40,375 nt of DNA from an uncultured Spirochaetaceae bacterium (GCA_964437265.1 CAYTGY010000001.1:1-40375), one strand, 5' to 3'; positions 17,106 to 26,862 are shown, numbered from the stretch's first letter. Translations and numbers: made by a program. Notes: generated by a model not told the origin, from the sequence alone.

Positions 17106-18110
17106 GTGAGCAAGCTTGTCTCGATACTCGTTCCGGCGTACAACGCGCAGAAGTGGATTGGTTGTGCTCTTGAGTCTGCTCTTGCACAGACATGGCCGAA
17201 CATCGAAATCGTCGTCGTGGACGACGGTTCGTCAGACAGCACTGTCGGCGTGGCTCGAAAGTACCAGAGTTCATCGGTGGTTATTGAGACCATACCGCAC
17301 GCCGGGGCAAGCGCGGCGCGTAACCGCGCGTTGCATTTGGCGCAGGGCGACTACATACAGTGGCTGGACGCGGACGACTACCTGTACCCGGACAAGGTCG
17401 AGGTACAGATGCACGCTGTCCGAGAAGGAGCCCCACCGTCCACGCTACACTCCGGGGCTTGGAGCTCTTACTACTGGTGCCGAAGTGAGGCTTCGTTTCA
17501 ACCGTCCGGTCTGTGGCAGGATCTCTCTCCCGTCGAGTGGCTATATCGGAAGGTGTGCCACAATCTCTGGATGGCACCCGAAGTCTGGCTTGTTAGCCGC
17601 GAACTGAGTGAGGCGGCCGGCAGCTGGGATGAGTCCTTGACGCTTGACGACGACGGAGATTATTTCAGCCGAGTAGTCGCACATGCGTCGCACATCAGAT
17701 TCCACCCGCGTGCACGGTGCCTTCACCGAATCGGTGTGCCCGATAGTATCAGCTCAAGCGCGGCGCTCGATCGAAACAAGCTCAAATCGCAGCTGACGTC
17801 ACTGCGCCGGTACGTGGCCCTCTTGACCAGTATTGAGGATTCTCAGCGGTCTCGGGACGCCTGTATCAACATGCTCGGTCGGTGGCGCACGATCTTCGTT
17901 GAGCATGCCCCGGAACTCGTTGTCGAGCTTGACACGGAAGCCGCCAAGCTTGGCCGTTGTCTAGAGGTGGAGCCCCGGCGATTCGTCTTTCGAGTGGCTT
18001 CTTGGCTCTTTGGCAACACGCTGGTCAGTTGCTTGCGTGGGCGATATCGCAGGACCAGAGCGCTTCTCTATCGGGGATTGTCCAGACTACGATGTCTCGG
18101 TCGGCGATAG
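17106..18110 (+). CDS. Family-2 glycosyltransferase
   Basis: VSILVPAYNAQKWIGCALESALAQTWPNIEIVVVDDGSSDST...WLDADDYLYPDKV. GTG 17106 has GAGGA 5-6 nt upstream and avoids the 32-nt overlap implied by the ORF-track start at 17073. Confidence 0.85.
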   Translation: MSKLVSILVPAYNAQKWIGCALESALAQTWPNIEIVVVDDGSSDSTVGVARKYQSSSVVIETIPHAGASAARNRALHLAQGDYIQWLDADDYLYPDKVEVQMHAVREGAPPSTLHSGAWSSYYWCRSEASFQPSGLWQDLSPVEWLYRKVCHNLWMAPEVWLVSRELSEAAGSWDESLTLDDDGDYFSRVVAHASHIRFHPRARCLHRIGVPDSISSSAALDRNKLKSQLTSLRRYVALLTSIEDSQRSRDACINMLGRWRTIFVEHAPELVVELDTEAAKLGRCLEVEPRRFVFRVASWLFGNTLVSCLRGRYRRTRALLYRGLSRLRCLGRR

Positions 18111-18121
18111 GTCGGGTAGAC

Positions 18122-19051
18122 ATGGGCCGCAGTATCTCCATAACAGTTGCAGTGTGTACTCACAACAACGCAGCGGTGCTCGAGCGTATGCTCAAGCACC
18201 TTTCTCGTGCTTGCGCGCTTGACGCTGGCACTCACGATGTTCTCGTTGTAGCAAACGCCTGTGCCGATTCAACTGTGACTGTCGCAAAGAGGATCTCCCC
18301 CCTTTTTGGCGGGAGACTTCGCGTTGTTTCCGAGGAAGCGGTCGGCCTGAGCAACGCTAGAAATCGAGCACTGGTTGAGTCGACCAGCGACTCCGTTGCC
18401 TATCTCGACGACGATGTTATCGTTGATGAGCGGTGGCTTGTAGAGGTGCGCTTAGCGTTTGAGGAGTACTCGGCAAATGTGGTCGGTGGCCGAAGCTACC
18501 TATTGTGGCCCTCTCCCAGCGGGCAACCCGCGTGGCTCGGCGATCGGCTGCTCTACCTTCTTTCGAGACTAGACCACGGCGATCAGCCAATAGCCGGGCG
18601 AGATGTCGAGCTCTACGGTCTGAACTTCGCTGTGGATCGCAGGGCGGCGTTATCGGTCGGTGGATTCTCTGCCCACATGGGGCGTCGCGGTGGACTGCTC
18701 TTATCTGGTGAGGAAAAGGCGTTGCAGGCGAGGGTTGCCGAACTCGGCAAGCCCGTTGTCTACTGGCCCCGTGCGATCGTCGGACACATAGTGCCAGTCG
18801 AGCGAACCAAGCCCGGCTGGTTCTTCCGCCGATCGATCTGGGGAGGGGTTTCCGACGAACGATATGCCCCGGGCACGCGGGGCATCCGTGGCCTGACAAG
18901 AGCAGCGTTCCGCTTCGTGCGGGCAGCAACTCGGGCTTTCGCACTACTGGTCGCTGGAGACACTCAGGAAGCAATGTACAAAGCCTGCGGTGCCATGTTC
19001 CGTGTTGGCACTATGTTGGAGGTTTCTGGGATCGCCCGCCTCTTTGGGTGA
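18122..19051 (+). CDS. Family-2 glycosyltransferase
   Basis: MGRSISITVAVCTHNNAAVLERML...VLVVANACADST...AYLDDDVIVDERWL. The start could also be ATG 18092. The ORF-track start at 17957 lies inside the upstream gene. Confidence 0.8.
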   Translation: MGRSISITVAVCTHNNAAVLERMLKHLSRACALDAGTHDVLVVANACADSTVTVAKRISPLFGGRLRVVSEEAVGLSNARNRALVESTSDSVAYLDDDVIVDERWLVEVRLAFEEYSANVVGGRSYLLWPSPSGQPAWLGDRLLYLLSRLDHGDQPIAGRDVELYGLNFAVDRRAALSVGGFSAHMGRRGGLLLSGEEKALQARVAELGKPVVYWPRAIVGHIVPVERTKPGWFFRRSIWGGVSDERYAPGTRGIRGLTRAAFRFVRAATRAFALLVAGDTQEAMYKACGAMFRVGTMLEVSGIARLFG

Positions 19052-20619
19052 ATTTCGCCGTTGTGTTTACCGTATCGAACCCGCACATGCGCGGGCATGA
19101 CCCAAGACTACCCAGCGCCGACGTAGCGCGTTCCTCACTGCAGAGCTCTGTGACACACGTCTCTCTGAGCGCTTTCCTGGCTGCCGCCGTCTTCCTCTCG
19201 CTTGTCCTCAACATCTGGGTCGACGAGGCCTACAGTCTTGTGACGACCGACAGCGGGCTCGGAAAGGCGTTGCAGACGTGGGAGTTCCAGCGCCAGGCGC
19301 CGCTCTATTTCTGGCTCCTTTCAGTTGTTCGGCTGATAGGTTCCAGCATCTTCGTTGCGCGGACCTTGTCTATTGCAGCGGTTGCGGCTTTCTTGCTCGC
19401 CGCCGGGAGACTGGCACGTCACGTTGGTTCTCCGTCGCTGGGGCTAATGGCGATTCCGGTGTTCGCGGCGCATCCTTATGCCATGTGGGCCGCTACGGAG
19501 ATTCGCGTCTACGGACTCGCGCTCTTCGTGTGTGGCTTGCTCTTGCTGCTTGAGGAGCGCAGCATTGCCGAACCGTCCGAACGGCCAATTGTAGTCGCGG
19601 CCGTTACCGGGCTTCTGTGGGCTGTGGCGCTGTACACGCACTACTACCTTGCGTTTGTACTTGTGGGGATAGTCGTTGCGGGAATCACGACCCGGGGCTG
19701 GAGGAGCCTACGGGATCTCGGTCTGAAGTCAGTCGTGGCGCTGGTAGCGTTTGTCCCGCTTGCGATTACGGTCGTTGGGCAGGTGACCGCGGCGTCGTCG
19801 GATATGGCCAGACCGGGCGTGGTGTCGGCCGCGTCGGCCGTCTACGGTTATATTAAGGCGTATCTGTTCCCATGGGTCAACCTTGTGGGCGAGACCGTAG
19901 GTTTTATCATTGGTGTTGTTGCAGTCGCCGGCGTCTTCGCGTGGGTTGTCGCCCGGCGAGATAGAGTACGGCCGCGACACCTCCGGCTCTGGATCACTCT
20001 TGGCGTGACTGCTGCCTTGTACGTTGCGGCGGCAGCCGTCGTCGGCCTTGAGGCGGTCAAGCAGCGCCACGCGTACCCGCTGCTGTTGCTGGTCGTTCTA
20101 TCGGCGCTTACGTTGGCTGAACTCGTGCGGGATGAGAATCGACGACGTGTTGTCGGCCATGTTCTTGGCGTGATTCTCTTTTTGAGTTTTCTGTTCACTA
20201 CAGTCCACGACAATGCCCAGCTTGCCAAGATCGGAGACTACAAGCGAGTCGCCGCCTACATAGAAGCTCACGAGGTGCCGAACGAACCCATCGTGTTGTT
20301 CAACGCCGAGGCGATTCTACCGTTCGAGCACTACTATGCCGGGCCGAATGTACTGCTCGCCATTCCGTCCTACCCGAGCCTTGAGACCTTCGATCCAACG
20401 ACCTTCGTGATCGAGAGTGAGGACGACGTGGAGTCCGCATTTGCGTCTCTCGGAGACGACCATAGCTCCATCTGGCTTGCTGACAACCTAATCAGCGGAT
20501 GGGCCGGAATCGACTACGACCGACAGCACCTGGACGAGTATCTCGCGAGCAGGTACGTGCCGGTTGAGTCGACAGACTTCTACGAAGCACGTGTGACGCG
20601 CTACGAGCGCAATCAGTAG
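19048..20619 (+). CDS. GT-C fold membrane glycosyltransferase (GT39/GT83-like: ArnT/PMT family)
   Basis: About 11 TM helices followed by a soluble C-terminal domain of about 130 aa. The first periplasmic loop carries WVDEAYS, a DE-x-Y motif typical of ArnT/PMT_2 enzymes. GTGA overlap with the upstream stop; ATG 19087 is an alternative start. Confidence 0.7.
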   Translation: MNFAVVFTVSNPHMRGHDPRLPSADVARSSLQSSVTHVSLSAFLAAAVFLSLVLNIWVDEAYSLVTTDSGLGKALQTWEFQRQAPLYFWLLSVVRLIGSSIFVARTLSIAAVAAFLLAAGRLARHVGSPSLGLMAIPVFAAHPYAMWAATEIRVYGLALFVCGLLLLLEERSIAEPSERPIVVAAVTGLLWAVALYTHYYLAFVLVGIVVAGITTRGWRSLRDLGLKSVVALVAFVPLAITVVGQVTAASSDMARPGVVSAASAVYGYIKAYLFPWVNLVGETVGFIIGVVAVAGVFAWVVARRDRVRPRHLRLWITLGVTAALYVAAAAVVGLEAVKQRHAYPLLLLVVLSALTLAELVRDENRRRVVGHVLGVILFLSFLFTTVHDNAQLAKIGDYKRVAAYIEAHEVPNEPIVLFNAEAILPFEHYYAGPNVLLAIPSYPSLETFDPTTFVIESEDDVESAFASLGDDHSSIWLADNLISGWAGIDYDRQHLDEYLASRYVPVESTDFYEARVTRYERNQ

Positions 20620-20639
20620 ACTCCGCCTATGGACGATCA

Positions 20640-21605
20640 ATGACCCCTTCACTCCTCGCTACCTACTACCTCCTCCGCCCTCTGATCCCGCGATCACTGC
20701 AACTCGCGGTGCGGCGAACAGTCGCTCGGCGGGTATACGTGCAAGAGCGTGCGTGGTGGCCCGTGCCGGCTCTGCGTCGGGCCACGTCGCTGTTGGCGTC
20801 ACCGTGGCCTGAGCCGGCCAGGTTCGCCTTTGCCATTCGTCACGATGTGGAGACGTCTGCGGGGCTGTCCAAGTGCGAGTCACTCAAGGCCATCGACATC
20901 GAGATGGGCATCAGATCGTCATTCAACTTCTGCCCGGAGAGGTACCGAGTGCCTAACGAACTACGTGAGGGACTCGCGTCGGACGGCTTCGAGGTTGGGC
21001 TCCACGGGCTGCGACACGACGGGCTTCTCTACATGAACAAACGCATCTTCCGCCGACGCGCAAAGCGCATGCGTCGGTACCTCGCGGAGTGGAGTGCGAG
21101 CGGCTTCTACTCACCCTCGTCACACCACAGGCTCGATTGGCTTCACGATCTGCCGATTGAGTACGACTCTTCAACCTTTGACACCGACCCATTCGAGCCG
21201 GAGAACGATGGGATCGGGCTGGTCTCGCCATTCATCGTCAACGGCAATGATGACGGGCACTCGTACGTAGAATTGCCCTACACGATGCCCCAAGACTTCA
21301 CGCTATTCGTGATGCTCGAGCTAAGCTCGATCGACCTGTGGAAGCGGAAGCTCGACTGGATCGCCGAGAGCGGCGGCCTCGCGTTTGTCGTGGTGCATCC
21401 GGACTACCTGCAATTCGGCGGGGCGGACGATCCTCGCTTTGGCTACCCGATCGAGAGGTACCGCGAACTCGTCGAGTACGTACACAGCGCGTATGGGCGG
21501 AGTTGTTGGCATGCCACCCCCCGTGAGATCGCACAGTATTGGAGCAGCCAAACCTACGGCTCGGGAGATAGTGGTGGGGAAACCCGCGCGACCGAAACTG
21601 CATGA
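20640..21605 (+). CDS. Polysaccharide-deacetylase-like (CE4-related) protein
   Basis: FAIRHDVETSAGL...SSFNF...GFEVGLHGLRHDG...VVVHPDY carries His/Asp-rich motifs arranged as in divergent NodB-fold deacetylases. The assignment is tentative. Confidence 0.5.
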   Translation: MTPSLLATYYLLRPLIPRSLQLAVRRTVARRVYVQERAWWPVPALRRATSLLASPWPEPARFAFAIRHDVETSAGLSKCESLKAIDIEMGIRSSFNFCPERYRVPNELREGLASDGFEVGLHGLRHDGLLYMNKRIFRRRAKRMRRYLAEWSASGFYSPSSHHRLDWLHDLPIEYDSSTFDTDPFEPENDGIGLVSPFIVNGNDDGHSYVELPYTMPQDFTLFVMLELSSIDLWKRKLDWIAESGGLAFVVVHPDYLQFGGADDPRFGYPIERYRELVEYVHSAYGRSCWHATPREIAQYWSSQTYGSGDSGGETRATETA

Positions 21606-22119
21606 GCGCCCGCTCCGAGGGCTCCGCAACCGCCTCCTTCAGCAAATTGCGAGGAATGCACCGGGAGGCCGATCGCTCAGGGTGTGGCTTCACCGACTTC
21701 GTGGTGTTCGGCTCGGTCAGGACGGCTTCATCGGTCTCGACGTGGTGATCGAGACGTCGTTTCCGGAGCTTGTGTCGATCGGCGATCGGGTGATTCTCGG
21801 AATGCGATCACTCATCGTGGCCCACTTTGACGGTGATGTGGCGGCTCACGGGCTTCCCGACCGTCCTACGGTGCGCCTCGAAGACGAGGTGTTCGTCGGT
21901 CCGGGCGTCATCATCATGCCCAATGTGACAATCGGCACCGGTTCCGTAATAGCGGCCGGAAGCGTGGTAACTCGATCAGTCCCGCCGCGGCGCTTCGTCC
22001 AGGGGAATCCCGCCAAAGTGGTCGGCGTATGCAAGAAGCCCCTGAGTCCCTCGACCTCTACGTGGGAGTTCCTCGGTGGACTTGAGAGCAACCGCCCACA
22101 GAAGGAGGCGGACACCTGA
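21574..22119 (+). CDS. Left-handed beta-helix (hexapeptide-repeat) O-acetyltransferase (WbbJ/Mac-like)
   Basis: VRLGQDGFIGLDVVIET..VSIGDRVILGMRSLI...VRLEDEVFVGPGVIIMPNVTIGTGSVIAAGSVVTRSVPPRRFVQGNPAKVV. The start is uncertain: GTG 21574 has GGGAG 6 nt upstream. The ORF-track start at 21385 is deep inside the previous gene. Confidence 0.75.
   Translation: MGKPARPKLHERPLRGLRNRLLQQIARNAPGGRSLRVWLHRLRGVRLGQDGFIGLDVVIETSFPELVSIGDRVILGMRSLIVAHFDGDVAAHGLPDRPTVRLEDEVFVGPGVIIMPNVTIGTGSVIAAGSVVTRSVPPRRFVQGNPAKVVGVCKKPLSPSTSTWEFLGGLESNRPQKEADT
22101..22108 (+). promoter_or_regulatory. Shine-Dalgarno sequence (GAAGGAGG) serving a CTG initiation codon at 22116
   Basis: GAAGGAGG lies at 22101-22108, followed by the 7-nt spacer CGGACAC and then CTG at 22116-22118. 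The same spacing is seen at other genes in the window, for example 5097 and 14147. Confidence 0.6.
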
Positions 22120-23234
22120 AACTCATCACCCTGATCGGTACTCGTCCCGAAATCATCAAAATGTCTCCCCTTCTTCCGCGTTTTGATGAGAGGTTTGATC
22201 ACCTGCTGGTCCACTCCGGCCAGCACTATTCGGCGAACATGGACGCGATTTTCTTCGACCAGCTTCATCTACGCGCACCCGACTTCACACTGGATGCTGG
22301 GTCGCGCCCTCCCGGCGAGCAGACGGCCACAATCATGATCCGGTTCGAAGAAGTGCTCATGCAAGAGAAGCCGGACATGGTCGTCGTGCAGGGCGATACA
22401 AACACGGCCCTGGCTGGGGCTCTTGCCTCCGCCAAGCATCGTCAAGACGGCGTTCGCCTTGCCCACGTGGAGGCGGGGATGCGCTCGTTCCTGCCGATGC
22501 AGCCCGAGGAACTCAATCGGAAGTTGATCGATCAGATGAGCGACTTGCTCTTTGTGCCTGAGGAACGTGACCGACAAAACGCGCTCCGCGAAGGGATAGG
22601 CGACGAGCGGATCGTGGTCGCGGGAAACACCGTGAGCGAGAGTTGCCTGCGCGCACGATCGCTGCCTGGCGGTGCGGAGATTCTTGCCCAGCTCGGCGTT
22701 GACTCGGGCCGGTACGTTCTGGCCACCTTTCATCGACAGGAAACGGTCGACACCGCTGAGTCGCTGGCCAGCGTTTGCCGCTCGCTGGTGGAACTCTCCG
22801 GGCGTATTCCAGTCGTTGTCCCGCTCCACCCTCGGCCGGGCAAGATGATCCTGGCGCAGGGCGTGGAGTTCAACTCGCCCGGGCTATCGATCATCGAGCC
22901 GGTGGGCTACACCGAGATGATCGCGCTACTGGACAACTGCCGGTTTCTCGTCACCGACTCAGGCGGTCTTCAAGAAGAGGCGGCGGTCCTCGGCGTCTCA
23001 GCAATCGTATTGCGGGAACGGACCGAGCACACAGCCTATGTCGATTCGGGGCTTCACAGATTGGTGGGGACCGATGCACGCCGCTTCCGGGAGGCTGTAG
23101 AGGCGCTCGTTGACCACTCGCAGAAGCCGGTTCGTAAGCCTCATCCACGTACGAAAGACGTGCACAGCAGTGACATCATCGTCCAGTCGATCGCGCGGCG
23201 TGGGGCCACTGCCGTGAGAATGGAACTCTCCTAG
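22116..23234 (+). CDS. Second UDP-N-acetylglucosamine 2-epimerase-family enzyme (WbpI-like candidate), CTG start
   Basis: The ORF track starts at ATG 22161 (MSPLLPRF...). The 15 in-frame codons upstream encode (L)KLITLIGTRPEIIK, the conserved first beta-alpha unit of Epimerase_2 (compare KIIHVVGARPNFMK in the copy at 12948). The frame is closed by TGA at 22083, and the only start-like codon is CTG 22116. Downstream motifs are HSGQHY, VEAGMRS and TDSGGLQEE. Confidence 0.8.
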   Translation: MKLITLIGTRPEIIKMSPLLPRFDERFDHLLVHSGQHYSANMDAIFFDQLHLRAPDFTLDAGSRPPGEQTATIMIRFEEVLMQEKPDMVVVQGDTNTALAGALASAKHRQDGVRLAHVEAGMRSFLPMQPEELNRKLIDQMSDLLFVPEERDRQNALREGIGDERIVVAGNTVSESCLRARSLPGGAEILAQLGVDSGRYVLATFHRQETVDTAESLASVCRSLVELSGRIPVVVPLHPRPGKMILAQGVEFNSPGLSIIEPVGYTEMIALLDNCRFLVTDSGGLQEEAAVLGVSAIVLRERTEHTAYVDSGLHRLVGTDARRFREAVEALVDHSQKPVRKPHPRTKDVHSSDIIVQSIARRGATAVRMELS

Positions 23235-23242
23235 GACTAGCC

Positions 23243-24595
23243 ATGAAGATAGCGCTTGTAAATACCCCAGCCCATCAGGTCGCAGAGGCGCACGATCTCC
23301 CGAAGTACCCCCATCTTGGGCTGTCGTACTTGGCGGGCGCCGCAATCGCTGTGGGTCACAAAGCAACGGTAATCGACGCCAAGCTGGAACGGCTCACCGT
23401 GGCCGATGTCGCCCGGCGAATCGAGACTGATGGTTATGATGCCGTTGGCATATCGGCGATGACGCACGATATCGTCACAGCGGCGAAGCTTGCGGAGGCA
23501 GTCAAGCGCGAGGACAAGAGTGTGCCGGTGATCGTAGGCGGCGTCCATGTGACAGCGCTGCCGTCGGAGACGCTCACTGAGTTTGGGGCATTCGATTACG
23601 GGGTACATGGGGAAGGTGAGAGACCCTTGTGTGAGCTCCTCGACGCACTTGACTCAGACTTCCCAGTCGACACGATCAGCAGTGTGGCATGGCGAAGCGG
23701 TGGCAACGTTCTTGTCAACAACCGCGCCGAGTACGTGATCGACATCGACTCTTTTCCGTCACCTGAGTTTGCCGACTATCCGGGTGCCGCCGAGTATCAC
23801 GTTCTCACATCTCGCGGCTGCCCGTACGACTGTGTATTCTGCATGTCACCGTACGGACGCGATCGCGTACGGTTTCACGCGATAGAACGGGTGATCGAGG
23901 ACTTGAAATCGGTCTCTACCCACGGGCCACGCTTGATCAAGTTTAACGATGAGAATCTCGCATTCAAGAAGGAACGAGCGATCGCTCTTATGAACGCGAT
24001 CGTTGAAGCCGGTCTTCACCGCATTCCAAAGGTCGCGAGTCTCCGCGTCGATCATGTTGATCGAGATCTGCTCACGGCTATGAAATCGGCTGGGTTCACC
24101 TACGTTGACTACGGAATCGAGAGCGGCGACGCCGCCGTGCTCAAAGCGACCAAGAAGCGGATCACGATGGAACAGGCCGAAGCCGCGATCCGACTGACAA
24201 AGGAAGTCGGCATCAAAGTCGGTGCGAACTACATCATCGGTCATCCCGGGGAGACGGCCAAACGGACGATCGACTGGGCTGTGAAACTCAATGCCGACGT
24301 CAATGCTTTCGGTATCATGGTTCCGTACCCCGCCACCGAGGTCGCGCGCATGGCCAAGGCCGGAGAGGGCGGGTACCGGTTGATCGCAAGCAGTTGGGAC
24401 GACTATAACAAGCAGATTGGGAACGCGTTGGAGATGGAGACGCTTTCACGAGCCCAGATGGAACGACTTCAGCTCAAAGGCTACCTCAGTGTGCTCACGA
24501 GGAATCTCCGGCTTTTTGGCCTCCTCAGCTTCGTCTGGCAGAATCGCCGGGCAGGGTTCTCATTCGTGAAGAAAGCACTCGGAATCGGCACATGA
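23243..24595 (+). CDS. B12-binding-domain radical SAM enzyme (class B rSAM)
   Basis: N-terminal cobalamin-binding-like Rossmann domain (KIALVNTP...DAVGISAMTHD...VIVGGVHVTALP) followed by the radical-SAM cluster motif SRGCPYDCVFC (CxxxCxxC). Confidence 0.85.
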   Translation: MKIALVNTPAHQVAEAHDLPKYPHLGLSYLAGAAIAVGHKATVIDAKLERLTVADVARRIETDGYDAVGISAMTHDIVTAAKLAEAVKREDKSVPVIVGGVHVTALPSETLTEFGAFDYGVHGEGERPLCELLDALDSDFPVDTISSVAWRSGGNVLVNNRAEYVIDIDSFPSPEFADYPGAAEYHVLTSRGCPYDCVFCMSPYGRDRVRFHAIERVIEDLKSVSTHGPRLIKFNDENLAFKKERAIALMNAIVEAGLHRIPKVASLRVDHVDRDLLTAMKSAGFTYVDYGIESGDAAVLKATKKRITMEQAEAAIRLTKEVGIKVGANYIIGHPGETAKRTIDWAVKLNADVNAFGIMVPYPATEVARMAKAGEGGYRLIASSWDDYNKQIGNALEMETLSRAQMERLQLKGYLSVLTRNLRLFGLLSFVWQNRRAGFSFVKKALGIGT

Positions 24596-26856
24596 CTACT
24601 GGCAAGTTCGCAACCCCCATGCGGGAGCGCCTTGAGTCGATCGACGTCATTCGCGGAATAGGCATCCTTTGGATAGTTCTGGTCCACGTAACCGAGCGGC
24701 TGATCCCGTACGGATCCTACTTCGCTAATCCAGCCACAGGCTGGCCCCCATTTGCAGAACGGGTTGTCCAGATGCGCCCGTTGCCGATCGGCGGTATCGA
24801 CGGTGTTCTCGTCAATGCACTTCGCTACGTTGGTTGGCTTGGTGACCAGGGCGTTCAGATCCTGCTCGTCGTGAGTGGCTTTGTGCTCACAGTCTCTGTG
24901 ATGGGATCTGCGGATGCCGCGAGTCGGGGCTCATTCCTCCGTCGTCGCATCGGCCGGATACTCCCCCAGTGGGTCGTCGTTCACGTCGCAGCCATGCTCC
25001 TCGCGCTGTTCACCAGCACCGGCATGAGTCCTTTTGACTGGCGTACCTGGGCGAGCCTCTTTGGACTTCGGTTCATTCCGGCGGTGATGTACGACTTCTC
25101 ACCGGCCTGGTGGTACTTTGGTCTCCTGATCCAGCTCTACCTGATCTTCCCGTACCTTGGGCGTCTTCTACGGAAGGTCCGTCCGGTCGTCTTTGCTGGA
25201 GCTATCATCGGTGGATCGGTGATTGTGCGGCTTGTCGGTCTCTACACATTCGATGGTCTCCTGGATTGGTGGTCCCGCGGCGCCGTTTTTGTGACGCGCC
25301 TACCCGAGTTCGCCTTCGGCATGCTCCTCGCCTACTGGTACACGAGAGATCGCCAGGGCTTCCTTCGCACGATTCGTCGCCCGGTCGTGGTTGTCGGTGC
25401 CGTGGTCGCTTACCTTGCCGGGGTCGCCGCCTCGTTCACCTTGGCCGGCATGAGTGTCGCGTTCTTGCTTACAGGCGGCGGCTTTGTCGTCGTCGCGCTC
25501 GCGGTCACGCCGTCCTCGTTCCAGCGCCGGTTTGGTCCGCTGAGATGGGCGGGCGAACACGCCTATCCGATCTACCTCGTGCATCACCCCATCATAATCG
25601 TTGCGGTCGGAGCGACCGCCGTGACCATCGGCGCGGCGGCGTCCTACGCCATCACCGCAGGGCTTTTTGTGGCGACGATCGTGGCCGCCATCGCACTCGA
25701 AAAGGGAACCGTCTGGATCGTTGGGGTCCTCAGACGTTGGCAAAGCGACCACGGCCCCATTGGCGTCGTTGCGCGATTTGTCGCCATCATTGCCACCGTA
25801 GCCGTGATCGGCTACGGGACGGAGCTTGTGGTTCGGGCGTTTGCCCCGCAAGAGGTGTACGGGTGGGGCGAACGCCCCTCGCTACAGAGTGACGAGACAT
25901 TCGGCGTGAAGCTCATTCCGAACCAGTCGACTCGACTGAGGTGGAGCGGATACGACTACACCCTAGACGCGAACGATCTGGGGTTCAGCGGCCCTCTCTA
26001 CCCGGAGGCACGCCGCCCCGAGTCGCTCCGGGTGATGGTCACGGGCGATGCCTTCTCGAGTGCAGAGGGCGTGGACACCTACGAAGCATGGCCGCGTCTG
26101 ATGGAGACACTCCTGGGGGAGTCAACGGGGCACGAGTGTGAGGTTCTGAACTTCTCAATCTCAGGCTTTAGTCCGAATCAGTTCGCTGCGGTTGTCGAGG
26201 AGTTTGCACCGACATACAACCCCGATGTGGTCGTCGTTGAGTTCTTTGTCAACGAGTTTCAGGAAGTCCGTGACAGCAATGCGGACTTTGCCAACCGAGT
26301 CGGGTTTGGCACCCCCCCTCCGTTTGGGTTGCGCTCCTTCTTGACCATGGCTCACTTCCAGATGGTCGCACGAGAACTGATGCTGAGCCGTGTTTGGGAG
26401 TTGCTCCGGGGGACCATGCATTGGCGAGGCCACGGCCTTGGTAACTACTTCTCAATAGCACGCGAGAACGAATCATTTATGCGGGACAGCGTCCCTCTCA
26501 TCCGCGATCGCATGGAGTCCATCTCAGAGGTATGCCGGCGCACCGCGTCGGAACTGGTCGTGGTCCTCGTCCCGGCATCGGTCCAAGTCGCACACCACGA
26601 GGACCTGCGCTACCTGCCTCGCACCATTGACCTTTCGGACGAGTCAAAGTGGGACCTGGACCAGCCCCAACGCATGACGATCGAGATCCTGGACGACCTT
26701 GGGATCGACTACATCGATCTGCGAGAACCCCTTCGTGCGGCAGCGGACGGTAGGCCCTATCACCCAACGAACATGCATTGGACCGAGTTTGGGCATGAGG
26801 TTGTGGCGGAGCATGTCGCTGCAGAGATCCAGAAGCGATACCTGACCCGAGAGTAG
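24592..26856 (+). CDS. Membrane acyltransferase-3 (OafA/OatA-like) fused to a periplasmic SGNH/GDSL-type domain
   Basis: The N-terminus IDVIRGIGILWIVLVHV plus about 10 TM helices indicates Acyl_transf_3. The C-terminal soluble domain has VMVTGDAFSS (a GDS block) and ...HPTNMHWTEFGH (a DxxH-like block). ATGA overlap with the rSAM gene. Confidence 0.8.
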   Translation: MTTGKFATPMRERLESIDVIRGIGILWIVLVHVTERLIPYGSYFANPATGWPPFAERVVQMRPLPIGGIDGVLVNALRYVGWLGDQGVQILLVVSGFVLTVSVMGSADAASRGSFLRRRIGRILPQWVVVHVAAMLLALFTSTGMSPFDWRTWASLFGLRFIPAVMYDFSPAWWYFGLLIQLYLIFPYLGRLLRKVRPVVFAGAIIGGSVIVRLVGLYTFDGLLDWWSRGAVFVTRLPEFAFGMLLAYWYTRDRQGFLRTIRRPVVVVGAVVAYLAGVAASFTLAGMSVAFLLTGGGFVVVALAVTPSSFQRRFGPLRWAGEHAYPIYLVHHPIIIVAVGATAVTIGAAASYAITAGLFVATIVAAIALEKGTVWIVGVLRRWQSDHGPIGVVARFVAIIATVAVIGYGTELVVRAFAPQEVYGWGERPSLQSDETFGVKLIPNQSTRLRWSGYDYTLDANDLGFSGPLYPEARRPESLRVMVTGDAFSSAEGVDTYEAWPRLMETLLGESTGHECEVLNFSISGFSPNQFAAVVEEFAPTYNPDVVVVEFFVNEFQEVRDSNADFANRVGFGTPPPFGLRSFLTMAHFQMVARELMLSRVWELLRGTMHWRGHGLGNYFSIARENESFMRDSVPLIRDRMESISEVCRRTASELVVVLVPASVQVAHHEDLRYLPRTIDLSDESKWDLDQPQRMTIEILDDLGIDYIDLREPLRAAADGRPYHPTNMHWTEFGHEVVAEHVAAEIQKRYLTRE

Positions 26857-26862
26857 CCCCGA

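Noticed and set aside
25110-25892. 260-aa plus-strand ORF in an alternative frame inside the OafA-SGNH gene, and similar ORFs at 4163-4594, 17116-17607 and 27077-27499
   Set aside because: These are off-frame ORFs with Arg/Pro-rich nonsense composition. The overlapping frames carry the genuine acyltransferase, Wzy, GT2 and oxidoreductase motifs.
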